A stretch of 49,070 nucleotides of DNA from Desulfovibrio sp. (lineage in GTDB: Bacteria; Bacillota; Dethiobacteria; DTU022; UBA8154). Both the position numbers and the translations under genes were made by a program. Below are positions 18,000-26,770 of this stretch, in pieces. The stretch covers positions 1 through 49,070 of the forward strand of contig JAGVAS010000167.1 of NCBI GenBank assembly GCA_020060185.1, written 5' to 3'. Each line of letters starts with the position of its first letter. Within the stretch, counting starts at the first letter, position 1. Below the pieces are notes generated by a model, which made no database searches, was not told the DNA's origin, and saw nothing but the letters and a program-made list of their open reading frames with translations.

Positions 18000-18950
18000 A
18001 TGAATGAAATAATGAGCAAGTACAAAAAGCCCCTTTTCAGCGGGTTGCTTATGGGGTTGGCGGTTGTCGCCCTTGTGCTCATGCTGGGCGATCTTAAAGG
18101 CGTTATCAGGGTTTTTGCGGGGTTTAACCTGCGATACCTGCCGCTCATCCTTATGTTAGCGCCGCTGAACTATATTTTCCGCTACCTAAAATGGAACTAC
18201 TACCTGAAGCTGGCCGGCTTATCCCCGGAAGCAAAAATGAACAGGCTTATCTTTATCAGCGGTCTCAGCATGACTGTTACCCCGGGGAAGGTGGGCGAGC
18301 TTTTAAAGTGCTACCTGCTCAAGGAGCACATGGAGGCGCCGCTGAGCGCTACCTCTTCCATTGTCATGGCCGAAAGGCTCAGCGATGCGGTGGCCATGGT
18401 CATCCTCGCCTCTTTCGGCACCCTGGCTTATACCTATGGGGGTTATATTTTACTGGCGACTTCCGGTATTTTGGCGACCGCCATTCTTTTTTTCCAGTGC
18501 GATTACCTGTTCAGGTATTTTGAACGGCTGCTGGGGAAAAGGGGCTTCTTGCAGGGGTGCGCCAGCTTTCTCCTGGAGTTCCAGCAGAATGCCAAGAGGC
18601 TTTTCACCTTGTCCAGCCTGTTCTTTGCCGTAGGGATAGGCGTAATATCATGGGGTTTTGAGGGCCTGGTCATCTTCCTGGCGGTGAGGGCCTTCGGCGG
18701 GGAAATTTCCGTTCTGGGTTCTGTTTTTGTGGTCTCTTTTTCCTCCCTCCTGGGAGCCTTATCCTTTTTGCCGGGGGGGTTGGGAGTCGCCGAGGGAAGC
18801 ATCATGGCCCTTCTGGTCCTGACCGGCCTTGGCAGGGAGATGGCCGCCGCCACTACGCTGGTAACGAGGTTTTCCACGCTGTGGCTGGGGGTTGGGATCG
18901 GTATTGTGGGGTTGTACCTGACGCAAAAAGAGCTTTTTAAACATTTCTAA
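18000..18950 (+). CDS. Flippase-like (LPG-synthase TM domain, UPF0104) membrane protein
   Basis: LKWNYYLKLAGL...FISGLSMTVTPGKVGELLKCYLLK, with 8 predicted TM helices. Confidence 0.75.
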   Translation: MNEIMSKYKKPLFSGLLMGLAVVALVLMLGDLKGVIRVFAGFNLRYLPLILMLAPLNYIFRYLKWNYYLKLAGLSPEAKMNRLIFISGLSMTVTPGKVGELLKCYLLKEHMEAPLSATSSIVMAERLSDAVAMVILASFGTLAYTYGGYILLATSGILATAILFFQCDYLFRYFERLLGKRGFLQGCASFLLEFQQNAKRLFTLSSLFFAVGIGVISWGFEGLVIFLAVRAFGGEISVLGSVFVVSFSSLLGALSFLPGGLGVAEGSIMALLVLTGLGREMAAATTLVTRFSTLWLGVGIGIVGLYLTQKELFKHF

Positions 18951-19101
18951 GGAGTGATTAGAATATGAAATACCAGGACGCAAAGCTATGATAATTGGAT
19001 CAGGGATATATATTAATGACATAGCTAGCACTATTTAATATCGTTCCTGGGAACCAGGAGCGTTAGCTTTTTCAGAAGTAAATGCCCATTTTAATGTTTT
19101 T

Positions 19102-22005
19102 TTAAATATTTACTTGTGTTTTACTTTTTTTTCCTTCTAGAATTAACAAAAATTTTTCTACCAGGTCAGGATCAAACTGTGTACCAGCGTACCTTTTAAG
19201 CTCTTTAATAGCTTCTTCTTTACTTTTGGCCCTGTTGTAGGGACGATCATTTGTCATGGCATCAAAAGCATCAACAAGGGATAAAATTCGGCATTCTATA
19301 GGGATCCCCTCTCCTTTAAGACCGAGGGGATAGCCACTGCCGTCCCATTTTTCATGATGTCGTAAGATAAGTTCCGCAACCGGTGCTAAATCCGGCGAAG
19401 AGCTGGCAATACGAAAACCAATCTCAGAATGCTGTTGCATGATCTCCTTTTCTTTATTAGTAAGAGAGCCATTTTTAAATAAGATGCTATCTGGGATCCC
19501 CACTTTGCCCAGGTCATGAACTTGAGCCAAAAGTGACAGATCGGTAAGTTGTCTTGAAGAAAGCGAAATCTTTTCTCCAAGTTTTTGACAAAGTTCCTGC
19601 ACGCGCTTAACATGCCCTTCAGCTATATAATCTTTTTCCGAAAGTGCCGCAAGCAGGGTATTTACAAGCTGGCTTCTGGTGCTGGCGCTGCGGTAAAGTT
19701 TATCGCGGTACATTAATTCGTCAGCCTTTCTGAAAACATCAGCTAATGTTTGTTCCTTAGTTGTAGCAGTGGCAATTCCTATAGAAACGCTTAAGGGAAG
19801 CGCCGGGTGTTTTCTGTTATGATATTCTATTAACAGGCGGATACGTTTAACTACAATCTCTCCATTCTTTTCGTTACAGCGGGGTAAAATAACGGCAAAT
19901 TCATCGCCCCCTATCCGGGCCAAAATATCGGAGCTGCGAAGGCTTTTTTCCAGCACATCCGTGCAGGTTTTTAAAAGTTCATCTCCTTTATTATGTCCCA
20001 TGGTATCGTTAATAAGCTTTAAACCGTCCAGATCTGCAGAAATAATCGTAATGGGATACTCCCGGCTGTTGCTCAAGCGGTGCAGTTCTTCTTCAAAAAA
20101 GGCCCGGTTATAGAGGCCCGTTAGCTGGTCATGCAGGCTTAAGTATTTTAACTTCTCTTCAAATTCCCTCCTCTCAGTAATGTCCATAAAATTCCCCAGG
20201 GTTGCCTGTTTTCCCTTGTACCAGATCGAAGTAACCGACTCAGCAACCCACCTTATCCCCTCTTTTTTGCTGACAATCCTGAATTCATAAGGTGAGGAAA
20301 GCTTACCTTTTAACATCCTAACGGCGTTTGTCCTGACCATGTTCTGGTCTTCAGGCACAACAAGGCTTAAGGGGTTAACGCCTCTTAATTCTTCCTGCCG
20401 GTAACCGGAATATTTCTCGAACTGGGAGTTTACAAATTGAAATGTTCCATCCATAACGATATACATGCCAATCGGTGAATAAATAAAAAGATTTCTTAAA
20501 AATTCCTCCTCCCGCTTGCGATCAGTAATATCGCGAACAGTAGCAAGAATAACATCTTTATTACCCAAAGCCAGTTTAGTTAAAAACATCTCCACATCAA
20601 AAAACGAGTTATCTCTGGGACGCCTGGCTTTCCATTCGAAAAGCTGGGTCTCCCCAGCAATTACCTTTTCCCAACGGCAGGGGAGCTGCTCTAGCAGGTT
20701 CTCTGGACTGGAATAGTCCTTTTCAATAGACAATTTTAGGGCTTCTTCTTTATTATCCATTCCATACATCTGCAACATTTTTTCGTTTACATCAATAATC
20801 GTCCCATCCGGTTCGTGTATAAAAATGGCATCGTGGACGTTGTTAAAAACCACACGAAAGGTTTCCTCCGAAGCCTTCAGGGCTTTTTCTGCCCGTTTAC
20901 TTTCGGTAATGTCTTCGTAAGTGATGAGATGCTTGGCATTTTTTATTAATATGGGCCTGAACATTATTTCCCTGACAAGGCCATCTTTACAGGTCACGCT
21001 GAACACCCGGGGACTTACTATATCTTTTCCCAAAAGCTCCAGGTCTGCTAACCAGGCAGATATTACTTTGCGGCGATAAAGCGGGTCAGGGTAAGCAAGG
21101 GTAAACCATTCTTTGCCTGTGGGGATTTCTTTAAGTGTGTAGCCAAAAATCTCCGTAAATTTCGGGTTTATATATTCATATCTCCCACTGGCGTCAAATA
21201 TTGCCAGGGGAAAGGGAGAGGATTCCGCCATATAACGAAACCGTTCTTCACTTTCATTAAGCGCTTCTTCAGTCATCTTTTGCTCGGTGATATCCATAGC
21301 TACTTTAACTACACCTTCAATAACGCCCCGTTCATTTTTTACGGGATAACCCCGAATAAACCAGACCCTGCCATCGGGAGAAATCATAGTTCCCTCCTGG
21401 GGATGGCCCGTATGTAAAGCCCTTACCACGGGACAGTTATCACAAGGTTCGTTCCTCTGGTACCATACCTCGTAACAAAAGCGCCCTTCCAATTGTACCG
21501 GCGTTAGGCCGATTGATCCGGCCGCTGACTTGTTAGCCCATAAAACCCGGTTTTCTGCGTCCTGGAAAACCAGATGTTCCAAAATACTGTCGAGAATGGC
21601 AGCTTTCTCACGGTCAGAGTCCTGTAATTTTTCTTCGATTTGCTTGCGTACAATAATACTTTCAATACGGCGTCCAAAGATAGTGTAGAGACGTTTGTCC
21701 CGATCAGAAAGGGGATGCGCTTGTTCAAGGTAAAGAAATCCTAAATTTCCATTTTCCAGTGAATATATGAAGCTATTTTCCTTTCTTTTTTCTATTTGAA
21801 CCCAAATCTCTTCTTCTTTTTGAAAACCCCAGTGTCCTAAACATTGATGCTTTTTCCCTTGACGGATAATAAGGGCTAAGCGGCGAACACCGAACAGCCT
21901 TGTGGACTTTTCTACTATTTCCTGCATTAATTCCTCATCTCGTTCCGGAAAAGATAAAAAAACAATATCGTATAAAGTTAAAAGTTCAGAGACGTCAAAG
22001 GACAC
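19102..22005 (-). CDS. Cytoplasmic multi-PAS diguanylate cyclase / HD-GYP phosphodiesterase
   Basis: 967 aa: a GAF-like N-terminus and about four PAS repeats. GGDEF domain: HDQLTGLYNRAFF...ADLDGLKLINDTMGHNKGDELL...RSSDILARIGGDEFAVIL, including an RxxD I-site. HD-GYP domain: AQVHDLGKVGIP...HHEKWDGSGYP...DAFDAMTNDRPY. Confidence 0.85.
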   Translation of the reverse strand: MSFDVSELLTLYDIVFLSFPERDEELMQEIVEKSTRLFGVRRLALIIRQGKKHQCLGHWGFQKEEEIWVQIEKRKENSFIYSLENGNLGFLYLEQAHPLSDRDKRLYTIFGRRIESIIVRKQIEEKLQDSDREKAAILDSILEHLVFQDAENRVLWANKSAAGSIGLTPVQLEGRFCYEVWYQRNEPCDNCPVVRALHTGHPQEGTMISPDGRVWFIRGYPVKNERGVIEGVVKVAMDITEQKMTEEALNESEERFRYMAESSPFPLAIFDASGRYEYINPKFTEIFGYTLKEIPTGKEWFTLAYPDPLYRRKVISAWLADLELLGKDIVSPRVFSVTCKDGLVREIMFRPILIKNAKHLITYEDITESKRAEKALKASEETFRVVFNNVHDAIFIHEPDGTIIDVNEKMLQMYGMDNKEEALKLSIEKDYSSPENLLEQLPCRWEKVIAGETQLFEWKARRPRDNSFFDVEMFLTKLALGNKDVILATVRDITDRKREEEFLRNLFIYSPIGMYIVMDGTFQFVNSQFEKYSGYRQEELRGVNPLSLVVPEDQNMVRTNAVRMLKGKLSSPYEFRIVSKKEGIRWVAESVTSIWYKGKQATLGNFMDITERREFEEKLKYLSLHDQLTGLYNRAFFEEELHRLSNSREYPITIISADLDGLKLINDTMGHNKGDELLKTCTDVLEKSLRSSDILARIGGDEFAVILPRCNEKNGEIVVKRIRLLIEYHNRKHPALPLSVSIGIATATTKEQTLADVFRKADELMYRDKLYRSASTRSQLVNTLLAALSEKDYIAEGHVKRVQELCQKLGEKISLSSRQLTDLSLLAQVHDLGKVGIPDSILFKNGSLTNKEKEIMQQHSEIGFRIASSSPDLAPVAELILRHHEKWDGSGYPLGLKGEGIPIECRILSLVDAFDAMTNDRPYNRAKSKEEAIKELKRYAGTQFDPDLVEKFLLILEGKKSKTQVNI

Positions 22006-22008
22006 TTA

Positions 22009-23202
22009 CTACCACCCCGCAGCTACTATTATCGTTTTGTTATAAAAGATAGGCGTACCGGAAATATTACTAACTTCACCAAATGAAAGCATACCGATTA
22101 TGGGAACACCTGCGCCGGCGTTCTTTGTTACCGCTTCTATTTCCCGCTCAAAATCTTTGCCCATTAATAAATAACGCGAAACACAATCAAACAACAGGGA
22201 CAGCTTTGGAGATGTACAGGCATGGAATGTTTCCCTGGAAATATCTTCTGCGGCAGAAAGCAGGCTATCGATGTCGCCCTTCATTATTGTTGCCACTGTA
22301 TTTTGTGGAACCTCGGTAACGAAAATAATGCTGTTATCATCTTCAACTTTAAGGGGATCGCGAATGAGAAAATCCCCACCTATACTGGGTATTCCCAGGG
22401 GGTGCCTCATGCTGTAATAGGGAAACTCTTTTTTGTCTATACCGCCAAGGCATGCGGAGTATCTATCAAATGCCGGAAGCCCGTCCAGTTCATAAACTCT
22501 TTTCTCTTTTGCCCTGGTAACTATTATAGGCTGTCCTACCGGTTTCCAGCCATGGCCTAGGCTAACTTGAAAGTTGATTCCCTTTACCACAGCTACTGCC
22601 AGGGCATTACTGCTGACACCATGGTCAGTAAATTGGTAACTTTTATTAAATCTCAAATTATCTCCTGTCCCCCCGCCAATATAGTTGTAATTTGGCCCCA
22701 AAGCGTTATACAATCCTCTCAGGAGAACAGAGATGTTGGCAGCTAAACCATCTGGAAATACAAATACAGTTCCAGAGTCCAAGCCGCTCTCAAGCAACTT
22801 CCGCCCCGCTTCCTCACCGCTTTTATACGAAGAGTTAGTAATATTTTCCTGCAAGCACGTTGCTGCCTGTATACCTGAACCACCTATTGTACAAACCCCT
22901 ACGCCTTTAGTAAAAATGTTATTATCAATAATTATTCCAGCAACACAAGCTCCCACCAGTTTTGAACTACCGATATTTTTTTTTACGGCCTGGAAAACCT
23001 GTTCCTGATTATAATTATCAGTACAAAAAAGGAACGTAATTGCAGATTTGCCTGACTGCCAGGTTGCCTGTTCCGCTGCCAGGTGCCCTGCAAGAGCTGA
23101 ATCTTTTTCCTGATTATAACCTATTCCAACTTGTATAATAATCACCTCCTCTCCTATTGATATTGAAATGTTTTTCAAAAACTGTTTCTTTACTATTAAC
23201 AC
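22009..23202 (-). CDS. FIST N/C-domain sensor protein
   Basis: FLFCTDNYNQEQVFQAVKKNIGSSKLVGACVAGII (FIST_N-like) and LSLLFDCVSRYLLMGKDFEREIEAV...IIGMLSFGEV (FIST_C-like). The stop lies 3 nt before the start of the GGDEF gene. The true start may be the GTG near 23145, after GGAGAGGAGG. Confidence 0.7.
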   Translation of the reverse strand: MLIVKKQFLKNISISIGEEVIIIQVGIGYNQEKDSALAGHLAAEQATWQSGKSAITFLFCTDNYNQEQVFQAVKKNIGSSKLVGACVAGIIIDNNIFTKGVGVCTIGGSGIQAATCLQENITNSSYKSGEEAGRKLLESGLDSGTVFVFPDGLAANISVLLRGLYNALGPNYNYIGGGTGDNLRFNKSYQFTDHGVSSNALAVAVVKGINFQVSLGHGWKPVGQPIIVTRAKEKRVYELDGLPAFDRYSACLGGIDKKEFPYYSMRHPLGIPSIGGDFLIRDPLKVEDDNSIIFVTEVPQNTVATIMKGDIDSLLSAAEDISRETFHACTSPKLSLLFDCVSRYLLMGKDFEREIEAVTKNAGAGVPIIGMLSFGEVSNISGTPIFYNKTIIVAAGW

Positions 23203-23677
23203 AAAAACAAATTTACCTTATTGTTTAAGAAAATATTTGTATTTTTTTAATGAAAAAATAGTTATCTTTACATTTACTCTGGTTTTAAACGATCCTTTCT
23301 ATCTAATTATTACAATATTCTCTATAAAATTACTGTTTCCTGCAAATTGCCTATAATTGTATAAATATTTTCTTTAACAGATAATAATTATATTTATAAG
23401 TTTTATTAACATTCATAAATCATTCTAAAAATGTATATTTATATCATCAATATTTTCTAGAAAATTCCTTTATATCTATATAAAAATTGCAGCTCCTATT
23501 TTTTGAGACCTAGCTTAGCAAAAAGCCCGGGCACCGTGGCAGGAAAAACAGGCTCTTTTAGAGAAATTCTTTTAGGAGTTAAATATTCGAAAGATTGTGC
23601 TGGCTAAGGGCATTAAGCCGTACCTGTCGCTGCTGGACAGTCCAAAAAATTTATGACAGTGAAGGATTAAGTTAAAA

Positions 23678-24766
23678 GTGAAAGCAAAGGTTGCTGTTTT
23701 AAAAACCAGGCCCGAAACCGTGCTGGAGGACTACCAGCGCTTGATGGAGATGGCGGGCTGTGAGCAGTACCTGGATAAAACCAGGGCAACAATATTGAAA
23801 AACAACATCTCCTGGCATTTCCCCTACCCGGGAGCGAATACAACCCCGTGGCAGCTTGAAGGGTGTATCCTGGGTCTGCGGGAGGCAGGCTTTAAGGAGC
23901 TTGTTTGCGTGCAGAACAAAACGGTGGTAACAAGCGCCTACAAGGGCGAAAAGCTTAATAAATACCTGCCTGTTTTTAAAAAATACGGCATCCCCGTTAA
24001 GTACAACTTTAAAGACAGCGATATGAAATGGATCGAATATAGGCCGCAGGGGAAAATGCCGGCCCTGGAGCGGGTTTTTCCCGAGGGAATCAGGCTTCCC
24101 GACTATTTCTTCGGCAAAAACGTGGTTCATCTGCCCACGACCAAATGCCATATCTATACAACCACTACGGGCTCCATGAAAAATGCTTTTGGAGGGCTGC
24201 TTAATACCAAACGCCATTACTGCCACAGCTTTATTCACCAGACCCTGGTGGATCTCTTAAGGCTGCAGAAAGAAATTCATACGGGGATATTCACTGTTAT
24301 GGATGGCACCACTGCCGGGAACGGCCCCGGCCCCCGCACCATGATACCGGTGGAAAAGGACTTTATCCTTGCCGGGGGTGACAGTGTCGCTGTGGATGCG
24401 GTAGCAGCAAAGATGATGGGTTTTGATCCCATGAAAATAGAGTATATCCGCCTTGCCCACGAAGAAGGCCTGGGCGTGGGCAGGATAGAGGAGATCGAAG
24501 TTGTGGGGGAAGATATCGGCGGCATTAATTACGGCTTCAGTGTCGGTGATAACGCCGCCAGCAGGGTGGGGGACTTTATCTGGTTCGGGCCGCTGCAGCA
24601 CTTGCAGAGGTTGTTTTTCCAGACGCCGCTGCTGTACCTTTTTGTCTTTGCTTCATATCTCTACCATGACAGGCTGTGGTACCCCTTAAAGGGAAAACAG
24701 GTTGTTGAAAAGTGGGCCGGTGAGTCCAAGTGGGGCCAGCTGTTTCGAGCATACGGGGAAGGGTAG
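23678..24766 (+). CDS. DUF362 domain protein with a hydrophobic C-terminal extension
   Basis: KVAVLKT....NISWHFPYPGANTTPW...HLPTTKCHIYTTTTGSMKNAFGGLL...GGDSVAVDAVAAKMMGFDP matches DUF362 as I remember it. Confidence 0.7.
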   Translation: MKAKVAVLKTRPETVLEDYQRLMEMAGCEQYLDKTRATILKNNISWHFPYPGANTTPWQLEGCILGLREAGFKELVCVQNKTVVTSAYKGEKLNKYLPVFKKYGIPVKYNFKDSDMKWIEYRPQGKMPALERVFPEGIRLPDYFFGKNVVHLPTTKCHIYTTTTGSMKNAFGGLLNTKRHYCHSFIHQTLVDLLRLQKEIHTGIFTVMDGTTAGNGPGPRTMIPVEKDFILAGGDSVAVDAVAAKMMGFDPMKIEYIRLAHEEGLGVGRIEEIEVVGEDIGGINYGFSVGDNAASRVGDFIWFGPLQHLQRLFFQTPLLYLFVFASYLYHDRLWYPLKGKQVVEKWAGESKWGQLFRAYGEG

Positions 24767-24775
24767 GGGAGGAAA

Positions 24776-25627
24776 ATGCCGGTAAATGTTTTTTTGAATG
24801 GAAGGTACTGTGAAGAACACGAGGCGATGGTTTCTGTTGATGACAGGGGTTTCCTCTTCGGGGACGGGGTCTATGAAGTGATCAGGTGCTACCGTGGGGC
24901 CCTTTTTAAGCTGCAGGAGCATCTTTCCCGCTTTGCCAGGAGCGCCGCCGGGATAGACCTGGTGCTGCCTTATTCTGCGGAGGAAATTGCCGCTATCTGT
25001 AAAACCCTGCTGGATAAAAGCGGGACAAAAAACGGCATGCTCTATATGCAGGTAACCCGGGGCAGCGCCCCCCGGACGCACGAGTTTCCCTCTGTGGTAA
25101 CTCCTACAATAATGATGAAGGTAAGAGAAATAGATGAGCAATTCTTCAGGGAAAAGAAAAAAGGAGTCAGCGTCCTGACCGTTCCCGATGAGCGCTGGGA
25201 GCACTGTGATATAAAATCACTTAATCTCCTGCCCAATGTCCTTGCCAAGCAAAAAGCCCGCAGCCAGGGCTTTCATGAGGCTGTTTTCATCCATGAACCG
25301 GGAGTGACGGAATGCGCCAGCAGCAATATTTTTATTGTTACCGGGGGAACGGTGGTCACGGCGCCTGAAGGAAACCGTATTCTTTCCGGAATAACACGGG
25401 AGGTCGTTTTAAAGCTGGCCGGAGAAGCGGGGATACCCTGCGAATTGCGCTATCCGCAGAAAAATGAGCTCTATAAAGCTGAAGAAGTGTTTTTTTCCAA
25501 CACCGTGGAAGAAATTATACCCGTTCTTGCCGTTGACGGAAATGTTATAAACCAGGGAAAGCCTGGGAATATCACTCTTAGGCTCCAGGAAATGTTTAAA
25601 AAGCTGGTTGATATTGAAACTTCCTGA
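24776..25627 (+). CDS. dat: Class IV aminotransferase, D-amino-acid transaminase-like
   Basis: VSVDDRGFLFGDGVYEVIRCY...YMQVTRGSAPRTHEFP...RWEHCDIKSLNLLPNVLAKQKA...ECASSNIF...ILSGITR closely parallels Bacillus Dat as I recall it. Length 283 aa. Confidence 0.7.
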   Translation: MPVNVFLNGRYCEEHEAMVSVDDRGFLFGDGVYEVIRCYRGALFKLQEHLSRFARSAAGIDLVLPYSAEEIAAICKTLLDKSGTKNGMLYMQVTRGSAPRTHEFPSVVTPTIMMKVREIDEQFFREKKKGVSVLTVPDERWEHCDIKSLNLLPNVLAKQKARSQGFHEAVFIHEPGVTECASSNIFIVTGGTVVTAPEGNRILSGITREVVLKLAGEAGIPCELRYPQKNELYKAEEVFFSNTVEEIIPVLAVDGNVINQGKPGNITLRLQEMFKKLVDIETS

Positions 25628-25807
25628 ATAGACACCCATGAAGCTTCGTTTCACCATCAGAGGATGAAAATGGTAAAGCGCTATTTTCAGGGTAGATCAG
25701 TAATAAGCCCTTTAGCATAGTAAAGATGATGTAAGGTAAGGATTAGGAATTCAATTGTAATAAAAACTGCAGATGAAGGAAAGGTAAAATTTAATTAAAG
25801 AAAGGAA

Positions 25808-26389
25808 ATGAGCGATATGACATTGAAAGGTACTAAAACCGAAAAAAATATCTTGACGGCGTTTGCCGGCGAATCACAGGCCAGGAACCGCTATACCTAC
25901 TTTTCCAGCAAGGCCAGGGATGAAGGGTATATGCAGATTTCCGCTATTTTCGAAGAAACGGCCAACCAGGAGAAAGAGCATGCCAAGCGCCTTTTTAAAT
26001 TGCTGGAGGGGGGTGAAGTAGAGATCCAGGCCGCTTTTCCCGCCGGGGTTATCGGGACGACAGCAGAAAACCTCAAGGCCTCTATAAGCGGGGAGCACGA
26101 AGAATGGGCGGATATGTACCCCTCCTTTGCCAGGGTTGCCCGGGAAGAGGGCTTTGAGGATATCGCCGCCATATTTGAAGCTATTGCCGTGGCGGAAAAG
26201 CAGCACGAGAAACGGTACAGCGCACTTCTTTCCAACATTGAGGCCGGCAAGGTCTTTAAAAAGGATCAAAGTGTCGTCTGGTTCTGCCGTAACTGCGGGT
26301 ACCTGCATGAAGGGAAGGAAGCTCCCGGGGAGTGCCCGGCCTGCGCCCATCCCAGGGCCTATTTCGAGCTGCTGGGCGAAAACTGGTAG
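25808..26389 (+). CDS. rbr: Rubrerythrin
   Basis: LKGTKTEKNILTAFAGESQARNRYTYF, diiron E..H motifs (EKEHAKR, EKQHEKR) and a C-terminal rubredoxin-like CRNCG...CPAC. ATG at 25817 is an alternative start. Confidence 0.9.
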   Translation: MSDMTLKGTKTEKNILTAFAGESQARNRYTYFSSKARDEGYMQISAIFEETANQEKEHAKRLFKLLEGGEVEIQAAFPAGVIGTTAENLKASISGEHEEWADMYPSFARVAREEGFEDIAAIFEAIAVAEKQHEKRYSALLSNIEAGKVFKKDQSVVWFCRNCGYLHEGKEAPGECPACAHPRAYFELLGENW

Positions 26390-26440
26390 GAGAGATGTTG
26401 TCTTAAGATATTATTTAACGGAAAAGAGATATTTAGGTTG

Positions 26441-26475
26441 ACGGCAGGAGTTTAATCGATTGCTGTCGTATTTTT
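26441..26475 (+). terminator. Putative rho-independent terminator after rbr
   Basis: acggcag (26441-26447) pairs with ctgtcgt (26463-26469), including one G-U pair, followed by a T run at 26471-26475. A second hairpin plus T run (ggcaag...cttgcc TTTTATTTTTT) follows about 30 nt later. Confidence 0.4.
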
Positions 26476-26770
26476 CCATGTGAGCTGAAGTTTGGCAAGA
26501 TTTAGCTTGCCTTTTATTTTTTACAAGGAGATGGATAGCAGCTAATGAGACTGCGCAAAAAATACTCTTTATCTTGCTGTTGAACATGTCATGCTTTACA
26601 TTCTCCGAGGGTGTATGAGATAATGAGCATAAGGGTTAATGGATCTATTCCTTTTATGGCCTTAAGATAAGGAACGGGAATGACCGCCACGTTATTTTTT
26701 GAGCCCCTGATGTAGGCGTGGGCCCGGGAGGAATGTAGTTATCAAGCTTGATCTAAACAGGGTAAAAAAC

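Noticed and set aside
18191-18877. Overlapping alternative-frame ORFs inside the flippase-like gene. Similar ones occur inside the GT-C gene (41782..42090, 41800..42150, 42763..43020) and the DUF362 gene (23699..24238, 24257..24601).
   Set aside because: These are GC-rich regions that generate stop-free alternative frames. The products are Arg/Pro/Gly-rich with no recognisable motifs, and the annotated frames carry family signatures.
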